NCBI GenBank assembly: GCA_964348895.1
Contig: CAYGEH010000001.1
Coordinates: forward strand, 6,676 to 70,675
Direction of reading: 5' to 3'
Length of the DNA: 64,000 bases
From: an uncultured Gammaproteobacteria bacterium
GTDB lineage: Bacteria; Patescibacteriota; Microgenomatia; 0-14-0-10-38-17
The position numbers and the translations under genes were made by a program. Of the stretch, positions 55,239 through 64,000 are shown piece after piece (positions within the stretch are counted from its first letter, which is position 1; each line of letters opens with the position of its first letter). The notes beneath the pieces are model-generated. The model did not search any database, had not been told where the DNA came from, and worked only from the letters and a program-made list of their open reading frames with translations.

Positions 55239-55799
55239 TTACAACTCAAGCTCTTTGCTAATCTTTTTCATTGACTCCAGTCCGATTGAAACAAATTCCT
55301 CCAAGGAAAGAGTTAGTTTCTCAGAAGAAAGATTTATATCTTCTCTTCTGCTTCCAGCAGCAAAGCGCTTAATCGGAAATTTTTTTAAAATAGATTCTGT
55401 TGTAACCGAAGCAAGTTTTTTATCTGGCATTACTAAAGCACAAGCAACAATTAACCCTGTTAAAGAATCTCCACAGAACAAGGCCCAATCCATTGCCGTC
55501 TCAGGCTTAACTCCATTATTATGCCAATTATGAGCAGCCACAGCCCGAAGAACATCACCTGACAAATTAATTCCTTCTTTCTCTAAAAGTTCCCCAACTT
55601 TAAGACCGTGTTCTTTTGGGGTGTTCTTGTCGTTATAATCTAAATCGTGAACTAGGCCAGCTAAGCCCCAAAGATCCTCGTTCCCACCTAAATGTTTAGC
55701 CAAGCCCCTCATAAAGGCTTCCATCGCCAACATATGTTTAATAATATTTGGGTTTTTAATTTGGTGCCTAATGACGGTTAAAATTTTATTTCTATCCAT
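55239..55799 (-). CDS. HD-domain phosphohydrolase
   Basis: H...HD (LAGLVHDLDY) metal-binding motif; 186 aa. Confidence 0.6.
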   Translation of the reverse strand: MDRNKILTVIRHQIKNPNIIKHMLAMEAFMRGLAKHLGGNEDLWGLAGLVHDLDYNDKNTPKEHGLKVGELLEKEGINLSGDVLRAVAAHNWHNNGVKPETAMDWALFCGDSLTGLIVACALVMPDKKLASVTTESILKKFPIKRFAAGSRREDINLSSEKLTLSLEEFVSIGLESMKKISKELEL

Positions 55800-55925
55800 A
55801 AAAAAAATAAAAAAAGGACTAACCCTTAAAATTCTTCTAATATTCTTCCGGTAAGTAAAATAAAAACTTGTAAATTAAGAAGAAATAAGGTTTTACTTCT
55901 TCTTGGCCTATTTCTTTATTGTTAA

Positions 55926-57398
55926 CTATTTTCTTTTAAGAGAAATTTGCTTTTGCTTCTCTGGCTTTAGGGTGGGGAATAAAATCACATCTCGAATGTT
56001 TTCCTGACCAGAAAAAAGCATTACCATGCGATCAATCGCCAGACCTAAACCACCAGTGGGGGGCATACCATGCTCTAGGGCCTCCAAGAAATCCTCATCC
56101 ATTGGCGGAGCTTCCTTATCGCCAGCTTCTCTGGCCTTCACTTGTTCTTCAAAAAACTGACGTTGCAAGAGGGGATCGTTCAGCTCAGAATAAGCATTGC
56201 CCACCTCAAAACCAGCAATATAGGGCTCAAAACGCTCAATTAAGTCTTGATTTTCCGGCTTTAATTTGCAAAGCGAGGTGGTTTCTTTGGGATAGTCGGT
56301 AATAAAAATTGGTCCAATTAGATGAGGCTCAACCTCTTGAAATAAATCAGCGATCGCCAAACCTCGGTTATAACTACCCACCAACCTTGTTCCTTTCTTT
56401 TTTAATTTATTTTTTAGGTCTCGATCAGAAATTTTATTAGCATCCCAGCCCAAGTATTGCTTAATCGCCTCAAACATTGATAGTCTTGGCCAAGGGGCCT
56501 TAAAATCAATTTCTTGCTTTCCAAAGGTAACCTTAGTTGTTCCCAACACTTTTTTGGCAATTTGAGAATAAATTTTTTCTGTTAACCTCATCATGTCAAG
56601 ATAGTCAGCATAGGCCCAATAACACTCCATTAGAGTAAATTCAGGATTATGACTTTTATCAATTCCCTCATTTCTGAAGTTATGATCAATTTCGTAAACC
56701 TTATCTAGTCCACCAATAATTAGTCTTTTAAGATAGAGTTCATCAGAAATTTTTAAATAAAGATCGTTGTTTAGGGCGTTGTGTCGAGTAATAAATGGTT
56801 GGGCGGAGGCACCACCATAAACTGGTTGTAGGGTGGGGGTCTCTACCTCTAAAAAACCTTCATCATCTAAAATCTGTCTCATCGTGGTAATAACCTTGCT
56901 TCTGATAATAAAAGTCTTCACGGTAAAATCATTAGCCAAAAGATCTAAATATCTTTTTCTTGATCTTAGTTCAACATCCTGTAGTCCCCTCCATTTGTCG
57001 GGAAGGGGCCTTAGTGATTTGGCTAAAATCTGCCACTTGCTTATTCTAAGCGTAGTTTCTCCTCGTTTTGTTTTAAAAACTGTTCCCCAAGAAGCTAAAA
57101 AATCTCCAATATCTAATAAGCTTAATCGACGATATTGCTCCTCACCTAGGTCGTCTAAGAAAAACGCTAATTGAATTCGTCCCGAACCGTCTTTTAAATC
57201 AGCAAAAGTCATTCCTCCGTGAGATCGCCAAGCAATAATGCGACCAAGCACAGTTACCCGGCTACCTTCTTTTTCTCGAGCCTGGCTAATACTTAAATGT
57301 TTGGGAGAACGTGGGGGATAAGGGTCAATTCCTAAATTACTCAGCGTCTTTAATTTGGCAATCCTTTCTTTTTTTAAACTATCTAGCCGAGCAACCAT
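55926..57398 (-). CDS. lysS: Lysyl-tRNA synthetase (class II)
   Basis: N-terminal OB anticodon-binding domain plus class II motifs; 490 aa. Confidence 0.95.
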   Translation of the reverse strand: MVARLDSLKKERIAKLKTLSNLGIDPYPPRSPKHLSISQAREKEGSRVTVLGRIIAWRSHGGMTFADLKDGSGRIQLAFFLDDLGEEQYRRLSLLDIGDFLASWGTVFKTKRGETTLRISKWQILAKSLRPLPDKWRGLQDVELRSRKRYLDLLANDFTVKTFIIRSKVITTMRQILDDEGFLEVETPTLQPVYGGASAQPFITRHNALNNDLYLKISDELYLKRLIIGGLDKVYEIDHNFRNEGIDKSHNPEFTLMECYWAYADYLDMMRLTEKIYSQIAKKVLGTTKVTFGKQEIDFKAPWPRLSMFEAIKQYLGWDANKISDRDLKNKLKKKGTRLVGSYNRGLAIADLFQEVEPHLIGPIFITDYPKETTSLCKLKPENQDLIERFEPYIAGFEVGNAYSELNDPLLQRQFFEEQVKAREAGDKEAPPMDEDFLEALEHGMPPTGGLGLAIDRMVMLFSGQENIRDVILFPTLKPEKQKQISLKRK

Positions 57399-57435
57399 TT
57401 GGCTATTAGTTTATCATAAAAATACCAAAATACCC

Positions 57436-57897
57436 TCAGTTAATGTCAATTATTTTATAGTTTACTTTTCCTCGTGGAGCTTCGAATACAACTTCATCGC
57501 CCGTCCTCTTGCCCATTAAAGCCTGTCCCAAGGGAGAGGTATAAGAAATCTTCTTGTTAAGAGGATTAGATTCATGTTCTCCAACCAACCGATAAACAAC
57601 TTCTTCATTGCTATCATTTTTTAGCGTTACTAGACTTTCTAGTCCCACACTGGAGGCATTGCTGTTTTTGTCAACAATTTGAATGTTGGCCAAAACTTCT
57701 TTTAACTCATTGATTTGAGTGTCCAAAAGAGTTAAATCTTCTCGGGCAGCATGATATTCGCTGTTTTCTCTCAAATCTCCCATTTGTCGAGCAGTTTCAA
57801 CTCGCTCAACCGCTCCAGGACGCTGACCCTCAAGCTTGGCAAGGCTTTTTTTAAGGTCGTCTAATCCGTTTCTGGTTATCAAATTCTTCTTAATCAT
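57436..57897 (-). CDS. greA: Transcription elongation factor GreA
   Basis: N-terminal coiled-coil with DLRENSEYHAAREDL acidic tip signature. Confidence 0.9.
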   Translation of the reverse strand: MIKKNLITRNGLDDLKKSLAKLEGQRPGAVERVETARQMGDLRENSEYHAAREDLTLLDTQINELKEVLANIQIVDKNSNASSVGLESLVTLKNDSNEEVVYRLVGEHESNPLNKKISYTSPLGQALMGKRTGDEVVFEAPRGKVNYKIIDIN

Positions 57898-58253
57898 TAT
57901 TTTCTTTCTTAAAGAATATATATAGTTTTACCAATAAAAAGCAAGTTTTTTGTTATTCAAAAAAAGAGAAGTAAAAATCGCCAAAACCGAAGGCTCTTTT
58001 TAGTGTTTTCCCAAGATAATGAAGAAGATTATATTCTTCCTTGATTTAATTGTCAAATATTTCACCACTAGAGCCTTTCGATTAAAAAGTTAAAAAAGCC
58101 TGGTCGACTCAAGATAATCTGTTTTTTTTAAATTAAAAATAATTATTTTGTTCTTAATTTTAAGATAAATAATAAAAAGTTTTTATTTTTTTTAGTATAA
58201 TCAACAAGTAGAAATTAAGAAAATAAAGACTTTGTTCTTTTAATATTTTTATT
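57898..58253. promoter_or_regulatory. AT-rich divergent region upstream of greA and tRNA-Glu, with TAGTATAAT at 58193-58201
   Basis: Consensus -10 hexamer about 52 nt upstream of the tRNA 5' end; the same 9-mer recurs at 42417-42425. Confidence 0.3.
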
Positions 58254-58325
58254 GGCCCCATCGTCTAGCGGTCAGGACGCTAGGTTCTCATCCTAGTAAC
58301 GCGAGTTCGATTCTCGCTGGGGCTA
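58254..58325 (+). tRNA. tRNA-Glu (anticodon CUC); CCA not encoded
   Basis: Manual fold: 7-bp acceptor (GGCCCCA/TGGGGCT, one G-U), D-arm GTCT/GGAC, anticodon stem CTAGG/CCTAG with loop TTCTCAT, T-arm GCGAG-TTCGATT-CTCGC. Confidence 0.8.
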
Positions 58326-58485
58326 CTGACCCCCAAGAGAAAAGGGGTTAACTAGGGCTTCCGATAAAGTAAAACAAATAAGTCGATTTTGGCAATAATT
58401 AATCTAGGAGTGGGTTAGAAAAAAATGTTTCGTGACCTTCACTGCTCGTTAAAGCAAAGAATAAAATAAAAAAAGGCAAAAAAAA

Positions 58486-60849
58486 CTATTTTTTTATCAA
58501 GACTTTGTCCAAAACCTGATCTAATCGATCAGCAAAAACAAACTTTAGCTCCTTTTTTATTTTAACAGAGACGTCTTCTAAATCTTTTTGGTTACTTTTA
58601 GGCAAAACTACCATTTTTAAACCTGCCCGATGGGCAGCTAAAATTTTTTCTTTAACCCCACCTATTTCTAAAACCCATCCCCTAAGAGTAATTTCTCCAG
58701 TCATTCCAACATCATGCTTTAATGGCTTTTTTGTTAGGGCAGACACCACCGCGGAGGCAATTGCCACTCCAGCCGAAGGACCATCTTTGGCAACCGCCCC
58801 TTCTGGCACATGAATATGAATGTCAATTTTTTCAGCAAAGTCTTCGCTTAAACCATATGTGCTCCAATGAGAACGAACATAGGAAATAGCCGCCTGACAA
58901 GATTCTTTCATAACTTCACCTAATTTACCGGTCAATAAAATTTTTCCTTTTCCTGGCATTAAGGCCACTTCAATAAATAAAATCTCTCCCCCAACTTGAG
59001 TCCAGGCCAAACCAGTCGCCTTGCCAATCTCGTCTTTAACATCAGCCGCTGTTTTGGAAAATTGAGCCGGACCAAAAAGAGAGCGCACCTGACTAACGGT
59101 AATTTGCTTGCTAATTTTCTTCCCCTCAGCAATTTGACGAGCTAATTTTCTGGCTAAACGGGCCATTTCCCTTTGCAGTTGACGCACTCCCGCCTCCTTG
59201 GTATAGCGATCGATAATTTCATAATAAACACTTGTGTTTAATTCAAACTTATTCTTGCCTAAACCCTGATTATGTGTTTCTCTGGGCCATAAATAATCTT
59301 TGGCAATATGGTGCTTCTCTTCGTCGGTATATCCAGGGAAGCGAATTGTTTCCATTCTGTCTCGAAGGGCGGGGGGAATAGTATCTAAAACATTACCCGT
59401 AGTAATAAAAAAAACCTGAGATAAATCATAGGGAACCCCCAAATAATGATCAGAAAACTCTTTGTTTTGTTCTGGATCTAGGGCTTCTAAAAGAGCTGCT
59501 GAAGGATCACCCCGAAAGTCATTTCCTACTTTATCAATTTCATCCAACATAAAAACTGGATTAATGGTGCCAGCCTCTTTCATTCCCTGAATTAATCGTC
59601 CTGGCAGGGCTCCGACATAGGTGCGTCGATGTCCTCTGATTTCAGCCTCATCTCTTAGTCCTCCTAAAGAAACTCGAACAAATTTTCTCCCCATCGCTCG
59701 AGCAATTGATTTTCCGACTGAAGTTTTGCCCACTCCTGGTGGACCAATAAAACAAAGAATGGTAGGCGAAAAGGCTGTTTTTTTCTGTTTCGCCTGTAAT
59801 TGAATGACGGCTAGGTGTTCTAAGATTCTCTCCTTGATTTTATCCAAACCGTAATGGTCTTGATCGAGAATTTTCTTTGCCTTTTTAATGTCTAGGTTGC
59901 TTTTAGACTTTTTACTCCAAGGAAGGTCAGTTAACCACTCTAAATAGGAATGAATATAGCCGCTCTCTGGGTTCATCGGAGACATTTTAGTTAATCGATT
60001 TAATTCTGCCCTCGCTTTTTGGGCTACTTTTTGGGGCATTTTTCCCAGTCTTATTTTCTGTCTTAGTTTTTCAATTTCTGGATCGGCAACCTTATCGCCA
60101 ATTTCCCCTAATTCCCGATCAATTGTTTCTCGTCGCTGTCTTAAAATCGCCTCTCTCATTGACTTATCAAACTTATCTTGGGCCTTGGAGCTAATTTGCT
60201 GATCTAGCTCTAAAACTTTTATTTCTTGGGCTAAATATTCAACTACCCTGTCCGCCCGTTCTCTTAAGCTGTCAATTTCTAGCAATAATTGTTTTTCTTT
60301 ACCAGAAATTTCTAAAATCATCGCGATACGATTGATCAACTCCTGGGGGTTTTCTGAAGAAAGATTTCCTATAGCTTGAGGGTCAACTGCCTTGCCTAAA
60401 GACATCGCTTTTCTTAGTTGTTCAACTAATAAACCAGCTAAAATAGTAAGATTTTCCCGACCCCTTCCCTCCTTGTCCGATAAAGTCGTTACCTGTCCAC
60501 TAAAAATAGGCTTTTCTGCCCCAAGACTCTCAAGTTTAGCTCTAGTCAAGCCGCGAACAATAACATAAATTGCTTTTCCAGACCTTAAGACGTTGTCTAT
60601 TCTGGCAATTGTTCCCACTCGACAAAGATCTTCCTCTCCTGGGTTATTAATACGGGGGTTTTTTTGGCAAACTAAGAAAACTTCTCTTTTTTCTCGAAAA
60701 GCCAAACTAATTGCTTCCACTGACTGTGATCTTCCAAAGGTAAGAGTTGCTTCTGTTTGGGGAAAAACAACAGTATCGCGCAAAGCGACAACAATCATTT
60801 CTTTGTTAGCTTGGTTCTTTCGTCCAGATTTTCCTAAAATAATGGCCAT
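58486..60849 (-). CDS. lon: ATP-dependent Lon protease
   Basis: GPPGVGKTS Walker A, PKDGPSAG catalytic Ser region; start taken at the internal Met (MAIILGK) to avoid overlap with xseB. Confidence 0.9.
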   Translation of the reverse strand: MAIILGKSGRKNQANKEMIVVALRDTVVFPQTEATLTFGRSQSVEAISLAFREKREVFLVCQKNPRINNPGEEDLCRVGTIARIDNVLRSGKAIYVIVRGLTRAKLESLGAEKPIFSGQVTTLSDKEGRGRENLTILAGLLVEQLRKAMSLGKAVDPQAIGNLSSENPQELINRIAMILEISGKEKQLLLEIDSLRERADRVVEYLAQEIKVLELDQQISSKAQDKFDKSMREAILRQRRETIDRELGEIGDKVADPEIEKLRQKIRLGKMPQKVAQKARAELNRLTKMSPMNPESGYIHSYLEWLTDLPWSKKSKSNLDIKKAKKILDQDHYGLDKIKERILEHLAVIQLQAKQKKTAFSPTILCFIGPPGVGKTSVGKSIARAMGRKFVRVSLGGLRDEAEIRGHRRTYVGALPGRLIQGMKEAGTINPVFMLDEIDKVGNDFRGDPSAALLEALDPEQNKEFSDHYLGVPYDLSQVFFITTGNVLDTIPPALRDRMETIRFPGYTDEEKHHIAKDYLWPRETHNQGLGKNKFELNTSVYYEIIDRYTKEAGVRQLQREMARLARKLARQIAEGKKISKQITVSQVRSLFGPAQFSKTAADVKDEIGKATGLAWTQVGGEILFIEVALMPGKGKILLTGKLGEVMKESCQAAISYVRSHWSTYGLSEDFAEKIDIHIHVPEGAVAKDGPSAGVAIASAVVSALTKKPLKHDVGMTGEITLRGWVLEIGGVKEKILAAHRAGLKMVVLPKSNQKDLEDVSVKIKKELKFVFADRLDQVLDKVLIKK

Positions 60850-60904
60850 TTTTATAAAACTAAAAAACTTAAGGTGATTATTTAGCAGTCTAACATAAAA
60901 CCTG

Positions 60905-61132
60905 CTAATCGTCAATTTCTTGATAATTTTCTCTTATTTTGTTTACCTTGTGCTCTAAGCTTGAAAGTTGTTTTTTTAAAAAAGAGGCTAGACTTAGCCC
61001 TCTTTCAAGCTCATCAATTCCTTTTTCTAAATCTATTTCTCCCGTTTCAAATTTATCTGCAATTACTTCCAGCTCCCTAAAGGCCTCTGCTAGGCTTTTT
61101 TCTTGTTTTTGTTTGGGTTTCTTGGGGTTCAT
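60905..61132 (-). CDS. xseB: Exodeoxyribonuclease VII small subunit
   Basis: 75-aa helical protein LAEAFRELEVIADKFETGEIDLEKGIDELERG; 4-nt overlap with xseA. Confidence 0.8.
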   Translation of the reverse strand: MNPKKPKQKQEKSLAEAFRELEVIADKFETGEIDLEKGIDELERGLSLASFLKKQLSSLEHKVNKIRENYQEIDD

Positions 61133-62325
61133 TGTTTTAATTTGACTTGAGAAACAACCTCTCCTCGATAAAAACGAGTAACTATTTGATCGTTTAGAAA
61201 AACATTTTCAGGGCTGGTAATTATTTTACCACGATCATTTATGGTTAAAGTGAATCCTCGTTTTAAAATATTCCGATAGTCAAGACTAGAAAGTAATTTT
61301 TTAAGACCAGAAAGGGTTTCTCTTTTAGTTTTTAACCAAGACTCACAAGTGTTAATTGTTCTTCCAAAACGGCCCAAAAGAAGATTAACTTCGCTAATTT
61401 GTTTTTGATAATAAAAAAGCAACGAACCGGTCAGGCTGGCAACTGCCCTTTGTTCATTTAAAATTGCCTGTTGGTATTGATTAACAATTAGTTTTGATAA
61501 GTCGTTAATGTCAACTAAAACCCTTTGGTTTTGACCATTAATAATTTGAGCGGCTCCGGTTGGAGTGGGGGCTCGAACATCGGCAACCAAATCAATTAAA
61601 CAATCGTCCTCTTCGTGACCAATAGCCGCTAAAATCGGCACCGAAGACCCATAAACCGCTTCAGCTAAGGCTTTGCTGTTAAAGGGAAGCAAGTCCTCTA
61701 GGCTTCCGCCACCCCTAGTTAAAACTAGCAAGTCATAATCTTTGGCTCGGCGGTTAAAAAAGTTTAGGGCTAGTTTTATTTGTGTAATCGCCTCATCGCC
61801 TTGGACTAAAACCGGATAAAAATCAACTTCTATTCCAGCCGGCTGATCGCCCAGAACAGCGACAAAGTCAGAATAGGCTCGAGAACCAGAAGCTGTAATT
61901 AACCCAATTTTTCTAATGAATCTAGGCAGGGGTCGCTTGCGTTCGGGAAGAAAATAGCCAAGAGTACTTAAATCTTCTTTTAATTTTTCTAATGCTTCTT
62001 TTAGCGCTCCCCTTCCGGCTGGAGTAATGGTAAGAGCAAACAGGGAAAATTTGCCAGTTTTTTGATAAATTCTGGGATTAGCACTAACTCTTACTTTCAT
62101 TCCCTCCTGTAGGGTTTGCCAATTAGAAATTTTAGTTAAAAGTGAAAAAATTTCAACACTGGCTTGATCATCTTTTAGGGTTGCGAAAAACCAACGCCCA
62201 GAATTAATTCTAATTTGAACAAGCTCTCCTTCCACTAAAACTTGAAGAGGGGAAACAATTTCATTAATTAGCTGATTAAACTGGGTAACCGACAAAACTT
62301 GGTTTTGAAGATTAAAGTCTGACAA
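61129..62325 (-). CDS. xseA: Exodeoxyribonuclease VII large subunit
   Basis: N-terminal OB fold plus central catalytic region; 398 aa. Confidence 0.85.
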   Translation of the reverse strand: MSDFNLQNQVLSVTQFNQLINEIVSPLQVLVEGELVQIRINSGRWFFATLKDDQASVEIFSLLTKISNWQTLQEGMKVRVSANPRIYQKTGKFSLFALTITPAGRGALKEALEKLKEDLSTLGYFLPERKRPLPRFIRKIGLITASGSRAYSDFVAVLGDQPAGIEVDFYPVLVQGDEAITQIKLALNFFNRRAKDYDLLVLTRGGGSLEDLLPFNSKALAEAVYGSSVPILAAIGHEEDDCLIDLVADVRAPTPTGAAQIINGQNQRVLVDINDLSKLIVNQYQQAILNEQRAVASLTGSLLFYYQKQISEVNLLLGRFGRTINTCESWLKTKRETLSGLKKLLSSLDYRNILKRGFTLTINDRGKIITSPENVFLNDQIVTRFYRGEVVSQVKLKQ

Positions 62326-62330
62326 CTGAA

Positions 62331-62900
62331 TTACTCCTTAGCTTTACTAACATAAGCACCATCTTCGGTTCTAATAATAATTAGGTCGTCGTTTTTAATA
62401 AAAAGTGGGGTTTCGATTTCAATTCCACCCTCTATTATTACCTTTTTGGTTGCCGCAGTGGCGGTATTACCAGCCGTTGCCTTAGGGGCCTGAATTGCTC
62501 GTCGCTTAATTTTAGCTGGAGGAATAATCCCCACCGGTTGTTCACCAACAAATTGTAGCTTATAACTTTCGCCTTCCTTTAAAAACCGAGCAAAATCTCC
62601 AATCTGTTTTGCCAACAAACTAACTTGATCGTAAGTTCTGTTATCCATAAAAAAAACCTCTTCTTCCAAGCGATAAACAAAGTTCATCGTTTGTAAGGAT
62701 AAATCAACCGCCTCAAACTTATCAGTTGGTCGAAAGGCTTCTTCTAGTGTTGCTCCAGTTTTAAGGTTTTTTATCTTGACCCGATAAACTGCTCCGCCTC
62801 GACCTAGGTGCTTGGCTCTAACAGAAAGAAGCACAAAGGGGTCTTCGCGAAAAATAAAAGCTTCTCCAGGTTTAAAATCGGCAATAGAATTTTTTATCAT
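62331..62900 (-). CDS. efp: Elongation factor P (Arg at the modification-loop tip)
   Basis: Three-domain EF-P; the loop reads HLGRGGAVYRVK where E. coli has KPGKGQAFARVK. Confidence 0.9.
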   Translation of the reverse strand: MIKNSIADFKPGEAFIFREDPFVLLSVRAKHLGRGGAVYRVKIKNLKTGATLEEAFRPTDKFEAVDLSLQTMNFVYRLEEEVFFMDNRTYDQVSLLAKQIGDFARFLKEGESYKLQFVGEQPVGIIPPAKIKRRAIQAPKATAGNTATAATKKVIIEGGIEIETPLFIKNDDLIIIRTEDGAYVSKAKE

Positions 62901-63005
62901 CTTAAGCTTAATAATAACTCTTTAGCCTTTAGTATTCAAGAAGAAACAAAAAAATTTAAGTTCTTAAAATTCACCCAGCTTAAGCGTTTTTAACTTTTTT
63001 ATTAA

Positions 63006-64000
63006 CTATAAGTCTTTGCTTTTCTCTTCGTTTTCTAATATTTTCTCTATTTCGACTAAGTTTTTAGCTTCAACCAGCCTCTTTCTTAGTTTTTTTGCCC
63101 CAGAAAAGTTATTAATATACCAAACCAGATGCTTTCTTAGGGTTACAAAGCCGTCTTCTCCAAAAAGACCAAGATAATAACGACAATGTTCCCTCATTAC
63201 CGAAAAACGCTCTTTGTTTTCAGGAATTCTGTCCACAAACAGCCAAGGATTCCCCATTACTCCTCGTCCCAGCAAAAAACCATCAAGTCGATATTGATCA
63301 GTGATCTTTTTTGCTTCCACCAAGGTTTTGACTCCACCGTTACCTAAGAAAATTTTTCCATTTCTTCGAGCAATTTCTGCTCCTTGACCCAGAGCTTGAT
63401 AGTCGACTGGCCCAGAGTGACCAGCAACTAAAAGCCTACCATGAACCGTCAGGGCGTTAATTGGTAGCCTGGAAAGGAAGCCAAGCCAATCCTTAACAAC
63501 CGGCTTATTAGTTCCCAGTCTAGTTTTAACAGATAAACCCACCATCTTTCTTTTTCCATTTCTTTTCACCCCTAACTTCCGAATTTCTTTTTTAGTTTTT
63601 TTAAGAGCAACCAACAGTTTTTCTTCAATTGCTATCTCTGGTTTCTTGTTTTTCTCCCAATCATCAAGTCCTTTTCTTGTTGAAAGAATTAATTTTTCTG
63701 CTAAGGGCTTGTTGTTAATTAAACCTGCTCCAGCACCTCGACGAGTAACGCTTCGAGCTGGACACCCCATATTAATATCAACTCCATCAAAACCTAGGTC
63801 AGCGGCAATAAAGGCAAACTGATAAAAAAGCTTGGGACTAACCCCAGAAAGCTGAGCTACAATCGGATGCTGATTTGGAGAATACCAGAAGCGGGCCAAG
63901 AGCTTGTCGGGACGAGCAATAGCATACTCGACATTGATAAATTCAGTAAAAACTATGCTGGGTTGACCGTATTTGGCGGTAATAAAGCGCATTGCCTGAT
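63006..64000 (-). CDS. dus: tRNA-dihydrouridine synthase (5' end beyond the window)
   Basis: GFDGVDINMGCPA catalytic Cys region, FMN-binding TIM-barrel motifs; the N-terminal FMN-binding region is missing, so the gene continues past nt 64000. Confidence 0.85.
   Translation of the reverse strand, partial: QAMRFITAKYGQPSIVFTEFINVEYAIARPDKLLARFWYSPNQHPIVAQLSGVSPKLFYQFAFIAADLGFDGVDINMGCPARSVTRRGAGAGLINNKPLAEKLILSTRKGLDDWEKNKKPEIAIEEKLLVALKKTKKEIRKLGVKRNGKRKMVGLSVKTRLGTNKPVVKDWLGFLSRLPINALTVHGRLLVAGHSGPVDYQALGQGAEIARRNGKIFLGNGGVKTLVEAKKITDQYRLDGFLLGRGVMGNPWLFVDRIPENKERFSVMREHCRYYLGLFGEDGFVTLRKHLVWYINNFSGAKKLRKRLVEAKNLVEIEKILENEEKSKDL

Noticed and set aside
1-64000. CRISPR arrays, transposases, integrases or phage genes
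   Set aside because: Scanning both strands, I found no regularly spaced direct repeats and no recombinase/transposase-like ORFs; the large repeated content is protein-level paralogy of GT genes, not mobile DNA

Overview
This 64-kb window is AT-rich and gene-dense, with almost every gene on the minus strand. The gene content and architecture fit a small-genome, Patescibacteria/CPR-like bacterium; that assignment is inference from content, not a database hit. I see no transposase, integrase or CRISPR array. Stops are mainly TAA and an intact release factor 2 is present, so UGA is presumably a stop codon here.

The dominant feature is a ~28-kb cell-envelope glycosylation locus at 3452-31332. It contains about nine cytoplasmic GT2/GT1 glycosyltransferases, including three WaaE/KdtX-like paralogs and a tandem-GT2 protein. 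It also contains two Wzx-like flippases, two polyprenyl-phosphate-sugar synthases (one fused to a GtrA-like domain) and two SAM methyltransferases. At least nine polytopic membrane proteins there look like GT-C-fold transferases. They fall into an ArnT/PMT-like group and a distinctive three-member paralog family carrying 'QFPPRW', 'DG(M/I)SF(Q/R)IG' and C-terminal 'FY(F/L)P(G/S)WQ' motifs. One member of that family is fused to an N-terminal GT2 domain. A complete dTDP-L-rhamnose operon (rmlABCD) and galE sit immediately next to the locus. No initiating phosphoglycosyltransferase (WbaP/WecA-type) is evident, which argues for an extracytoplasmic relay using lipid-linked monosaccharides.

Housekeeping genes flank the locus. 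They include secA, an ABC exporter, prfB, ftsEX, trmD, a very short tsaB with tsaE, an MtaB-like methylthiotransferase, serS, lysS, greA, lon, xseAB, efp, a partial dus gene and one tRNA-Glu(CUC).

The ftsEX operon ends in a coiled-coil M23 peptidase whose M23 domain appears circularly permuted. The protein also has an intact Zn-ligand set, unlike degenerate EnvC, so it would be an FtsEX-coupled, catalytically active hydrolase in an EnvC-like coiled-coil architecture. This is the most novel item I can point to.

Other points worth a second look are an Arg-type EF-P next to the rhamnose pathway, two large anchored surface proteins (one with tandem lamin-tail domains), and a CAP-domain protein.
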